64,000 nt of DNA, taken from assembly GCA_017503725.1 (NCBI GenBank), contig JAFVSL010000006.1:22593-86592 (forward strand). Reading direction: 5' to 3'. The notes beneath the pieces were generated by a model, which saw only the letters and a list, made by a program, of their open reading frames with translations, was not told the origin of the DNA and searched no databases. Position numbers and translations under genes: made by a program. This stretch comes from Alphaproteobacteria bacterium. GTDB taxonomy: Bacteria; Pseudomonadota; Alphaproteobacteria; Rs-D84. Below, piece by piece: positions 10,188 through 18,818 of this stretch; the stretch's first letter is position 1, and every line of letters begins with the position of its first letter.

Positions 10188-11747
10188 ATGGTTCAGTATA
10201 TGGATAGAAATTCTGGCTTTGCCCAGTGGAATGCGAATAAAAATGCCACCGCGAAAAAGTCTGCGTTTGGTGGTTTTATGTGGTGGTTTTTAATATTTGT
10301 TGGGGTTTGGTGGCTGTTGGGTTCTTGGATGACGCCCAAGACGAAGGACGTCCCGGTTGAAAACGCACCCGTCATAGATTTATCAAACGTCCCAGCCACG
10401 ACGATTGAAAATGATGATATCTCTGCCCAGGTTCGTGGACTGCGTATATCAAATATCGCATTAAAAGATTTCAATGTTTCGGCATCGGATTCCACGCCCG
10501 TGACATTGTTGGGAACGGATGGTGCGTATGCGGAAATTGGTGTACTTGCCAATGGCACGACGGCACCAACGGCAACAACGGTCTGGAAAAACAAAGATGG
10601 TGTATTTACGTGGCGCAATTCTGATGGGGTTGAATTTTTGCGTACGATAACAACCGATAACTATGTAATTATCATAAATGACACGATACGAAACGGTACG
10701 GCGCACGACATATCTGTTGCGCCATATGGTCGCATTGTTCGTGCAAACGACGTGATAAATTCTGCGGGTGTATCGACGGGTGCGATTGCATATGAAAATA
10801 CGGATATAGAACGCATTGATTGGCGTAAAATGGACCGTCGTTCATATGCATACACAACAACGACCGGTTTTATTGGTTTTGCGGATCAATACTGGGAAAC
10901 GATTGTTGCGTTAAATAATCTGGACCAAACGATGACACTGAAAAAAGTTGGGACAAATTATGATGCGGATGTTGTTGCGGGCGCGGTTGCGATTGCGCCG
11001 AATGCGACGGCAAATATTTCGTATAGCATATACGCCGGCCCATTAGAGCAGGGCGCACTTGACACCGCCACCAAATATATTGCGGGCATAGATGATACGG
11101 TTGATTATGGTTGGTTTGGGTTCTTGGCGCGTCCGATGTTATGGTTTATCAATACATTAAATGCGTTGGTAATGAATTACGGCGTTGCGATTATCTTGAT
11201 GACATTGATTTTGCGTATGCTGATGTGGAAACTTACGCGCAAGTCCTATGCATCAATGATTGCGATGCAGAAAATGCAGCCTGAATTACAGCGGATTCAG
11301 AAATTATACGCCAACGATAAAATGCGCCTGCAAATGGAAATGATGAAAATCTATCAGACGCACAAGATGTCGCCGATGTCTGGATGCCTGCCGATGTTGA
11401 TTCAGATTCCGATTTTCTTTGCCCTGTACAAGGCGTTATTGGTATCTGTCCAAATGCGCAGTGCACATTTTCTTTGGATAAAAGATTTGGCGACAATGGA
11501 TCCATACTTTATTTTGCCGATATTGATGGGTGCGACAATGTGGTTGCAACAATATCTGCAAAGCGCGCAAAAGGCAAAGTCTGCGGATAAAAATGATATC
11601 ACCGCCCAGACCCAACGAATGATGCGCTGGATGCCGATATTGTTTACGGTAATGTTTGCGTGGATGCCGGCGGGATTGGTACTGTATTGGACGGTGTCGA
11701 ATATATTTGGCATTGTTCAGATGTACATAATAAAGCATCAAAAATAA
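10188..11747 (+). CDS. yidC: Membrane protein insertase YidC
   Basis: VDYGWF, NYGVAIILMT, GCLPMLIQIPIFFALY, WIKDL..DPYFILP, PAGLVLYW. Confidence 0.96.
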   Translation: MVQYMDRNSGFAQWNANKNATAKKSAFGGFMWWFLIFVGVWWLLGSWMTPKTKDVPVENAPVIDLSNVPATTIENDDISAQVRGLRISNIALKDFNVSASDSTPVTLLGTDGAYAEIGVLANGTTAPTATTVWKNKDGVFTWRNSDGVEFLRTITTDNYVIIINDTIRNGTAHDISVAPYGRIVRANDVINSAGVSTGAIAYENTDIERIDWRKMDRRSYAYTTTTGFIGFADQYWETIVALNNLDQTMTLKKVGTNYDADVVAGAVAIAPNATANISYSIYAGPLEQGALDTATKYIAGIDDTVDYGWFGFLARPMLWFINTLNALVMNYGVAIILMTLILRMLMWKLTRKSYASMIAMQKMQPELQRIQKLYANDKMRLQMEMMKIYQTHKMSPMSGCLPMLIQIPIFFALYKALLVSVQMRSAHFLWIKDLATMDPYFILPILMGATMWLQQYLQSAQKAKSADKNDITAQTQRMMRWMPILFTVMFAWMPAGLVLYWTVSNIFGIVQMYIIKHQK

Positions 11748-11750
11748 TAT

Positions 11751-11772
11751 AATCCCGCCATTTGGCGGGATT
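11751..11772. terminator. Hairpin terminator between yidC and the convergent gene
   Basis: AATCCCGCCA-TT-TGGCGGGATT. Confidence 0.7.
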
Positions 11773-11774
11773 TG

Positions 11775-12116
11775 TTATTTGTGCAAATTTTTATACAGTG
11801 CCCACGGCGTCTGTATTCGCCAATCGCGGATTCCAATGGCACGTTTGGTTAAATCAACACAACTGTATGTCGTGTACGGGTTAAAATCTGTTGGTACCGC
11901 CGCGCCGTCGATATAGACGAATTTCCATCCGTGTGTTTTTAATATTTTTATATCACGCATATGTAAAACCATTTTTTCGACGTGTCCACGTTTTACAAAT
12001 TGGAACAAAATTAGCTTGTCATCACGCGGCACAATTGGTGCCACGTGTTTAAGGCGTCTGCATAATATATTCGGAAGAATTTTTGATGTTTTGTTCGAGA
12101 AGGCAATAATAATCAT
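11775..12116 (-). CDS. Hypothetical protein, possible permuted papain-like fold
   Basis: 113-aa ORF with RBS; KHVA...YSCVDLTKRAIG...TPWALY (His before Cys, then TP.xL). Confidence 0.65.
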   Translation of the reverse strand: MIIIAFSNKTSKILPNILCRRLKHVAPIVPRDDKLILFQFVKRGHVEKMVLHMRDIKILKTHGWKFVYIDGAAVPTDFNPYTTYSCVDLTKRAIGIRDWRIQTPWALYKNLHK

Positions 12117-12139
12117 AATATTTTTTCCCTTACCTTTAA

Positions 12140-12481
12140 TTATTCAATCCATCCGCGTTCTGTTGCCGCGATTTGTATTGCATCCATTGCGCGCCGCCAT
12201 TGGTCTGCGGCGCGATTTTCTCGCCAGATATATTGGTGTGGGGCACGACGTTTATCGCCAAATTCTTTCATAACTTGTAATTGTTCATCGGTCAGTTTTC
12301 CTGATAAATATAATTTGGTAATCAGTGTTTCTACATCAACCAGTTCACACGCGCGTCGCGTTCCACGCATCCCATTATGTACAAATCCATTGCGTACAGA
12401 TTTAGAATATAAAAACCAGAACCATAATTGCTCTGAATTTTGAAATTTTTCAGTGTTATAAATCGCTTGCTTTTGTTCCAT
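12140..12481 (-). CDS. Conserved-looking alphaproteobacterial hypothetical protein
   Basis: 113-aa ORF with AAGGAG RBS; F.NSEQLWFWF...RACELVDV...LY...FG..RRAP...W..AM pattern. Confidence 0.7.
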   Translation of the reverse strand: MEQKQAIYNTEKFQNSEQLWFWFLYSKSVRNGFVHNGMRGTRRACELVDVETLITKLYLSGKLTDEQLQVMKEFGDKRRAPHQYIWRENRAADQWRRAMDAIQIAATERGWIE

Positions 12482-12770
12482 AACTACATCTCCTTTGGTT
12501 TATTTTGCGACCTATTAAGATTTATATCCTAAAAAACCGATTATGATAAATACTACAACCGGCGGTTGATTGGTGAATCGGAATTTCGATTCGAATGGCA
12601 AATTTGATAAAATTGCCACGAATCGAAAACTCAGCCATATTCATCGTCATATAGCATCGTTTTGTTACAAAAAAATAAGCGTCCAAAAAATGGACGCACA
12701 AACACGCATATAAAAACTGTCATCTTGATATTCCGCTTATATTATTATAGTGCCTTTGGTTAAAAAATAA

Positions 12771-12790
12771 AGTCCACCATATGGTGGACC
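12771..12790 (-). terminator. Terminator after virB10
   Basis: GTCCACCA-TA-TGGTGGAC followed by a T-rich tail on the minus strand. Confidence 0.65.
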
Positions 12791-12806
12791 GTGTTAATTT
12801 TTTCCG

Positions 12807-15185
12807 TCACAGTATTGGCGGGAAACAATCACCACCCGTCGACGGACAGCAATTAAACCCTTGGTCCCCCATATCGGTGTAAATTTCCCCCGCACAGCAG
12901 CCATTTGCATCTGGCAGGCTGCCATCTTCGCACGTAAGGACCGCGGCCGCACCTTCTACTGCAACCTCTTCTTCTTTCTTTTCAAACGGGTTTTCGATTG
13001 CACCCGTTTCTTCGTCATATGTCAGTCCCAGAACCTGTTCATTATATGCCTGTTGGCCCTGGTTGGATATGTATGCAATACTGTTTTTATTGCTGGCATC
13101 TTGTTGGTTCTGGAATACCTGTTCCTGTTTTGCCATATTTATTGCCTGATAATTTTGTGACTGGCAATAGAACAACAGCGTCGCATAGTCATAACCGCCA
13201 CATTTTGTTGTGTCCTTGCACTTTGGGTCGACTGTTTTGTTCCCGTTCTTGTCGGTGGTGCAATATTCTGCCACGGCAAAAGAACGTACCTGGCCGGTCC
13301 AAGAACCGTCATCATAATTTGGTTTTGCATTATGTGCCCAACGTGCACGTTTTGCTTCGCTATATGCGGCCACGGCACATTTTTTATCAGATGAACCCGG
13401 TGCACCACAGGTCACCATCAAATCAACCGGCGAATAGACTGTGATACGTGTTCCTGCGGCAATTGTAAACGGTGGAACGGTGTTGTCCATCATATCGACC
13501 AGCAATTTTTGTGCCACCTGGTTCCACGCGGTAATAATTTCGTTTTTTGCCAATTCTGATGAACGCACCGTGCCGCTTTGTACAACGGTGTTATTATCCA
13601 AATCAATCTGGTTTACAAATGCATCCGTCACCGGCGCAATCAAATTCACCGCTGCCGGCACAATTGCGGTCAGCATCGGCATAAAGAATTGTTCTATATA
13701 GTCTGTACTGCCGTATCCGGGTACACCAACTTTGCCTTGGGAATCCGCCGAGAACGGATCGTTTGCACCGCCATCAAAATTAAATTCAACACCATTCGGC
13801 AGGATAAATTGATACCATTTTATATTCATACGTCCAACCGATGTGTATGGCCCCGGTAACGTTCCGGTTACATACCCCAGCATCATTGTACCCGTTGGAA
13901 TAATAACATTGCGACCACTGTCTGAATAGACATTGCGGTCAACGGTTGCGCGCACTGGAATCCCATTGGCCAGGGCCTCTGCATCCGCACGAACATCTGA
14001 TACGATTGTGGCTGGAATCGGCTTATATTGACGCAACAAGAATTGTCGGTCGTGAATTTTACTGGACACAACCGCCATCCCGGACGATTTATATTCAACA
14101 TCTGGCACCGGTGCATCGCGCAAACCACCCATTTCTTCAAGGCCACCTGTGCCCAAACGTCCCATACCACTGGTTGCGCGATTTTCAGTATCAATCATAG
14201 ATTCGCGTTGTGCGCTTGAAACCGGATTTGACAGTTCCGGTAAAACGCCATTTGTAATGGCCGCATATCCGATATGATCTGCGTCTGTGCCAATTTTCTT
14301 AGACTTATTTTTTATATCAACTATTATCCCATTGTCTGGGTTATAAACACCGGTTGGATTTTCACATTCTGTATCGGAAAAAGGATGGAAATAATACGCG
14401 CCTGCCTTTGGCTTAATCCATCCGATTTGCTGTCCCGAATTTCCATATCCTGGGAACGCAAAGTCCGAACAAGATTCCGGTGGTGCCACATATTCTGATG
14501 TGTTACTTTCCACAACCGTGCCAAATGGTTTGGCCGGTGCGATTAAGTCGATTTCGGGTTCTTCCTCAATAATTTCTTCTTCGATATCGTCTTCTGGTTC
14601 TGAGGTAACAATTTTTTCAACCGGTTTTTCTATAACTTTTTCCACGACCTTTTCGATAACGACCGGGGCGGGTGCTTCAACCACGGGGGCCGTTGCGCCC
14701 AACACCATCGTATACTTGTACGATTTTTTCATTTCGTCTGGCTCACTTACCCCGCGCCAGTCGATAAAGATTGGAACCCCACGCGCCGTCATCGCGGTTG
14801 TGGGCGTATAGTCTATTGTAATTGTGCATGCAAATCCGGCATTTATTTCGCCCGCATTCATACAGCCTGTATTAACCGACAGCCCGTTAATATTCTGCTC
14901 GCGACGAACATCCAAGACCTTTGCCGGTCCGGTTGCGGATACTTTTATTATCTGTGTCTTGGATTGTCCCACGGTAACGTCCGCCCAATCCAATGTGTCC
15001 GGCGTTATCACCAGGTTGATTGGTGTGGAATCAACCGCCTCGATTTTTTTATTGGGTTTACTGCCGGTTAATAACAGTGTCATAAGTATAAGAACAACAA
15101 CAAACGCCACCGCCAGTAATAACCACTGAACACGCTTTGGTGTATTGTTCCGCCAATCTACAAAGGTCTTTTTTAACTTATTCAT
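12807..15185 (-). CDS. virB10: VirB10/TrbI-family T4SS core protein with N-terminal Ig-like domain and Cys-rich C-terminal extension
   Basis: N-terminal TM; TrbI core IPATIVSD..VRATVDRNVYSDSGRNVIIPTGT..LG..RMNIKW..ILPNG..DSQGKVGVPGY..TIAAGTRITV; downstream of virB8/virB9. Confidence 0.85.
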   Translation of the reverse strand: MNKLKKTFVDWRNNTPKRVQWLLLAVAFVVVLILMTLLLTGSKPNKKIEAVDSTPINLVITPDTLDWADVTVGQSKTQIIKVSATGPAKVLDVRREQNINGLSVNTGCMNAGEINAGFACTITIDYTPTTAMTARGVPIFIDWRGVSEPDEMKKSYKYTMVLGATAPVVEAPAPVVIEKVVEKVIEKPVEKIVTSEPEDDIEEEIIEEEPEIDLIAPAKPFGTVVESNTSEYVAPPESCSDFAFPGYGNSGQQIGWIKPKAGAYYFHPFSDTECENPTGVYNPDNGIIVDIKNKSKKIGTDADHIGYAAITNGVLPELSNPVSSAQRESMIDTENRATSGMGRLGTGGLEEMGGLRDAPVPDVEYKSSGMAVVSSKIHDRQFLLRQYKPIPATIVSDVRADAEALANGIPVRATVDRNVYSDSGRNVIIPTGTMMLGYVTGTLPGPYTSVGRMNIKWYQFILPNGVEFNFDGGANDPFSADSQGKVGVPGYGSTDYIEQFFMPMLTAIVPAAVNLIAPVTDAFVNQIDLDNNTVVQSGTVRSSELAKNEIITAWNQVAQKLLVDMMDNTVPPFTIAAGTRITVYSPVDLMVTCGAPGSSDKKCAVAAYSEAKRARWAHNAKPNYDDGSWTGQVRSFAVAEYCTTDKNGNKTVDPKCKDTTKCGGYDYATLLFYCQSQNYQAINMAKQEQVFQNQQDASNKNSIAYISNQGQQAYNEQVLGLTYDEETGAIENPFEKKEEEVAVEGAAAVLTCEDGSLPDANGCCAGEIYTDMGDQGFNCCPSTGGDCFPPIL

Positions 15186-15214
15186 TTATTATTCCACACC
15201 CGGTTAAGAGCCAT

Positions 15215-16741
15215 TTACTGAATACGAACAACGTTGCAACTTGCGCCACTGAATTTTAACAACTGGTCACATAGTTTTTGTGCCGTATCAATATCGGCCA
15301 ATGGCCCGATGCGCAGGCGGTACAGGCGTGCCGATGTAGATTCTGCACCCAATTCACCAACACCTTGTTCATCAACGGCAAAGAAAACCTTGTCTTTGTA
15401 TGGGGCCAGCAATCCCGCACCATCGTCGCCACTGAATTTTGCCAGCAATCCCGTCCAATAATCATTCAATGCCTTGACCGATGGATCAGATTTTAATTCA
15501 ACCGCGACACCGCTTTGGTTGCTGGTAATCAGTGGAATATTCGTTTGTGGTAAATATGCCCCCGCCGTGTCGCGCACCGTCGGAACCATTGTCATTGCGG
15601 TGGATGCGCCAGTGGCCTGTGTCGCGCCGGTAAATCCGGCCGGCATATAGTATCCCGCACCCGTTGCCGCCGCAACCGACCCGTTGCCAACAAATGTTGG
15701 GCTGGCGGTGTAATTTCCGACATTCATATTCATTGCGGCCATATCCATATTGTACGCAATATTGTTCAGGGATTGTCCACTCATCATACTTTGGGCAACG
15801 TTCGCCTCTGCCAGCGCCATAACCGATGCCGTATCCGCAATAAGGAATGGTTTTTCACGCTTTTTAATGCAGACAATGCGTTGTCCACTGCGCAGAACCA
15901 TATCCCCAACCGCCTCTACAATCAGCAAGCGTCCATCTTCGCCGTCGGTACGGAATCCAACCGGGGATTCGCCACCCTCAACCAACAAGGATACAACCGG
16001 ACGTTGGGTCATAGAAATAACCTTGTCACCGAAATCAATATACGTAAATATACGATCGCGCCATACGCGTTCTGGTGCAATTACATAGTCGTCTGGATTT
16101 GGAACAAAGATGTCCAGGTCAAAGCGGAATTCAGATGGATCAATCTTCATAGACTTAATCCAGCCATAATCTTCGCCATCAACACCAACGGTATTTGATG
16201 TTGTTGCCGGTTTATTAAATATAGATTTCATCCCCGCCCCAGACGTTGGTGTCGACACCGCATTCGGCAAGGCCGCATTACCATCCAAAACGATATCCAC
16301 CTGGGAATATGTGATTTCAGACGAATTCGTTGGTTCTGCACGCAAATAGAATATGTACTTGTTGCCAGACTTTCCATCAACAATCATATTTGTGTCACCA
16401 CCCATTGTTCCATCGTTCGGGGTTAGAAATATGGTGCCGCCACCTTTTTGTGCATCAACCTGGAACAGGCCACTGTCCCCAACGATAATATCAGAAATTT
16501 GTTCGCCGTTTGGCAATGATACCATTGTTACCATCCCGTTGCGCAGTTTTAATGGCAAAGTGCTGCCCTTGGACCAGGACAGTTGTGCATAGCCCGGTTT
16601 AATACTGCCCGCGGTCATATTTGCGTTTGGATTATCCCAGGCCGCCTGGTATGCCAACGCCGAATTTATATCGGCTAAACCCAATGCCATTCCAACGCAT
16701 ATCAGAGATACATTTAATTTTATTGCCTTTGCAAACGTCAT
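15215..16741 (-). CDS. virB9: VirB9/TrbG-family T4SS protein with C-terminal SPOR domain
   Basis: Signal peptide; LKLRNGMVTMVSLPNGEQI..VGD, TNMIV..Y.F.L, IAPERVWRDRIFTYIDF; C-terminal LYRLRIGPLADIDTAQKLCDQL..CNVV. Confidence 0.82.
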   Translation of the reverse strand: MTFAKAIKLNVSLICVGMALGLADINSALAYQAAWDNPNANMTAGSIKPGYAQLSWSKGSTLPLKLRNGMVTMVSLPNGEQISDIIVGDSGLFQVDAQKGGGTIFLTPNDGTMGGDTNMIVDGKSGNKYIFYLRAEPTNSSEITYSQVDIVLDGNAALPNAVSTPTSGAGMKSIFNKPATTSNTVGVDGEDYGWIKSMKIDPSEFRFDLDIFVPNPDDYVIAPERVWRDRIFTYIDFGDKVISMTQRPVVSLLVEGGESPVGFRTDGEDGRLLIVEAVGDMVLRSGQRIVCIKKREKPFLIADTASVMALAEANVAQSMMSGQSLNNIAYNMDMAAMNMNVGNYTASPTFVGNGSVAAATGAGYYMPAGFTGATQATGASTAMTMVPTVRDTAGAYLPQTNIPLITSNQSGVAVELKSDPSVKALNDYWTGLLAKFSGDDGAGLLAPYKDKVFFAVDEQGVGELGAESTSARLYRLRIGPLADIDTAQKLCDQLLKFSGASCNVVRIQ

Positions 16742-16771
16742 ATCTGCTTCCTTCCGTCTTTCTTTTATTTC

Positions 16772-17452
16772 TTAGAACCTGTTCAGTGGGTCGGTTTTAT
16801 TAGATTTATCACCATCCACAGATTCAACCGTGTATTGTGCCACACGAATTCCCAACGGGTTGTTCAATCTGTCTGTCCACTGTACGGTCTTATCTGTATC
16901 AGATTCCAGTCTTAATACGATTGTATAATCTTTTGCGTCCACCTGTCCATCACTATTTTCACAAAACCATCGAAATTTTACCGCGTACATATCGTTGCCA
17001 CGTGGTGTTATCGCGCCCGTTTCAAATTCGACCGGACATTTAAGTTCGAACCCGGGAACCTCGTTCATCAGTGCGGTCCACATTCTGGTCTGGGCGAAAT
17101 CGGCAAAGACATCATCGGTTGACCACGCGCGCACCGCGGCGGCCGGATCGTTGGTCCATTTTTTGCGCATCACGTTAATATTTGATGAAATTTCGTTCCG
17201 GGCCTTGATGTATTCTTTGATAAACGCACGCTTGTATTGGCTTAGGTTTTCATCCGCCGGCACCATATCACGCAATGTAATTTCCAGTTGATGGCTGGGC
17301 TGTGTCATTAAAAAGAATACTTGGGGACGGTTCAATGGGAACAATTTATACAGCGTCACCCCCATAACGGCCAGCACCACCACCGCGGTTGCAAGCACAA
17401 ACGTCATCAATCTGGACATTAAAATTGGCGGTTCTACGCGGTTTTGTACCAA
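16772..17452 (-). CDS. virB8: VirB8-family T4SS protein
   Basis: TTG start with GGGAG RBS; single N-terminal TM, LFPL, FIKEYIKARNE, C-terminal RLNNPLGIRVAQY. Confidence 0.85.
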   Translation of the reverse strand: MVQNRVEPPILMSRLMTFVLATAVVVLAVMGVTLYKLFPLNRPQVFFLMTQPSHQLEITLRDMVPADENLSQYKRAFIKEYIKARNEISSNINVMRKKWTNDPAAAVRAWSTDDVFADFAQTRMWTALMNEVPGFELKCPVEFETGAITPRGNDMYAVKFRWFCENSDGQVDAKDYTIVLRLESDTDKTVQWTDRLNNPLGIRVAQYTVESVDGDKSNKTDPLNRF

Positions 17453-17684
17453 AATCTCCCCCTTGATTAAGTGGATTGTAGAAAAAAATACGTCGCATAT
17501 GCAAGAAAAAATTGCAAATACAAAATCATATTATTGGATTAGTAAATGTTGGGGTGGAATTTTGTCTTGCGCCGGGTAATGAAAAATAATATAATATTTC
17601 CGCTTGATTTTTTGTATCCGTGTGCTATCCTGTCGCAGACTGTGGACGTGTGTGCGGTACAAAAAGACGGTTTTTACAGTTTCT

Positions 17685-17758
17685 AGGGGCATAGTTCAAC
17701 GGTAGAATATCGGTCTCCAAAACCGCGGATGAGGGTTCGATTCCTTCTGCCCCTGCCA
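17685..17758 (+). tRNA. tRNA-Trp(CCA)
   Basis: AGGGGCA..GTTC/GAAT..TCGGT-CTCCAAA-ACCGC..GAGGG-TTCGATT-CCTTC-TGCCCCT-G-CCA cloverleaf upstream of secE. Confidence 0.96.
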
Positions 17759-17931
17759 AATTCCAAAACGCAACATAATTGTGTTTTGGAATTTGGCAAA
17801 AGGTGGGCGGAAAATCGAACCCGAAGGAAATAGTGGTGTTGGGTTCGCATACGAGTAAGATTTTGCAAGTGTAACGATGCGAAATCGGTACGAGTGGTGA
17901 GCGAATGCGAACATTCCTTCTGCCCCTGCCA
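17740..17931 (+). repeat. 19-bp direct repeat of the tRNA-Trp 3' end flanking a 154-bp palindromic element
   Basis: ATTCCTTCTGCCCCTGCCA at 17740-17758 and 17913-17931. Confidence 0.88.
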
Positions 17932-17969
17932 CGAATATGGTCGTAAATAATAAAAAGTGGACGTGTTTT

Positions 17970-18149
17970 ATGAAGAAAATGCTGGAATATATCAAATCTG
18001 TGCGTCGTGAATGGTTCAAGATTGTGTGGCCGTCGCGCGACACTGTGACGCGTGCAACGATTATGATTTTGGTGTTTTCGGCCATTGCGGCGCTGTTCTT
18101 CTTTGCGGTGGACAGTGTGCTGGGGGCGATTGTTAATTGGATTTTCTAA
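17970..18149 (+). CDS. secE: Preprotein translocase subunit SecE
   Basis: VRREWFKIVWPSR, single TM, FFFAVD; upstream of nusG. Confidence 0.93.
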   Translation: MKKMLEYIKSVRREWFKIVWPSRDTVTRATIMILVFSAIAALFFFAVDSVLGAIVNWIF

Positions 18150-18177
18150 GAAACGGAATTGACAAAGGGTGCATACG

Positions 18178-18711
18178 ATGGAAGAAAAAATGCAATGGTT
18201 TGTTGTGAATGTTCATACAAGTTGCGAAGACAAGGTTGCGCGTGGTCTGCGTGAACAGATTGATAAGCGCCGCCTGAATGCGTATTTTGGTGAAATTTTG
18301 GTCCCCACGCGTGAGGTTACTGAAATCAAGGGTGGCAAGCGTGTAAAGACGGAACGTAAATTCTTTCCGGGCTATATCGTTGTTCAGATGGTTATGAACA
18401 ATGAAACGTTCACACTTGTAAAACAGATTCCCCAGGTTGTTATGTTCCTGGGCGCGAAACAGAAACCAATCGCGGTCAGCGAAGAAGAAGCGCGTCGCCT
18501 GATGAAACAGGTAGAAGAGGGCGCGGTCGCGATGGATGACATTGAATATTCCGTTGGCCAAGAGGTACACGTTATCGATGGTCCGTTTGCGGGCTTTAAC
18601 GGTGTCGCGTCCGAGGTGGATAATGTAAAACAAAAAATGACAGTTACAGTCCTGGTATTTGGTCGTGAAACCAGTATGGAACTGGAATTTGACCAGGTCG
18701 AAAAGGTATAA
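18178..18711 (+). CDS. nusG: Transcription factor NusG
   Basis: WFVVNV, FFPGYIVV, KOW DGPFAGFNG, VFGRETSMELEF. Confidence 0.97.
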   Translation: MEEKMQWFVVNVHTSCEDKVARGLREQIDKRRLNAYFGEILVPTREVTEIKGGKRVKTERKFFPGYIVVQMVMNNETFTLVKQIPQVVMFLGAKQKPIAVSEEEARRLMKQVEEGAVAMDDIEYSVGQEVHVIDGPFAGFNGVASEVDNVKQKMTVTVLVFGRETSMELEFDQVEKV

Positions 18712-18818
18712 TAAAAGTTTTTTGTGGTTTTCTGAAAAATATTCAGTAAAATCACACCAAACCGTGGTAGATACGCCATATCGTACCACGACACTAACCA
18801 AAAAAATGGAGTGAACAA

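Noticed and set aside
12522-12650. 42-codon minus-strand ORF (MTMNMAEFSIRG...)
   Set aside because: No RBS, coincides with a long inverted repeat, no recognisable features
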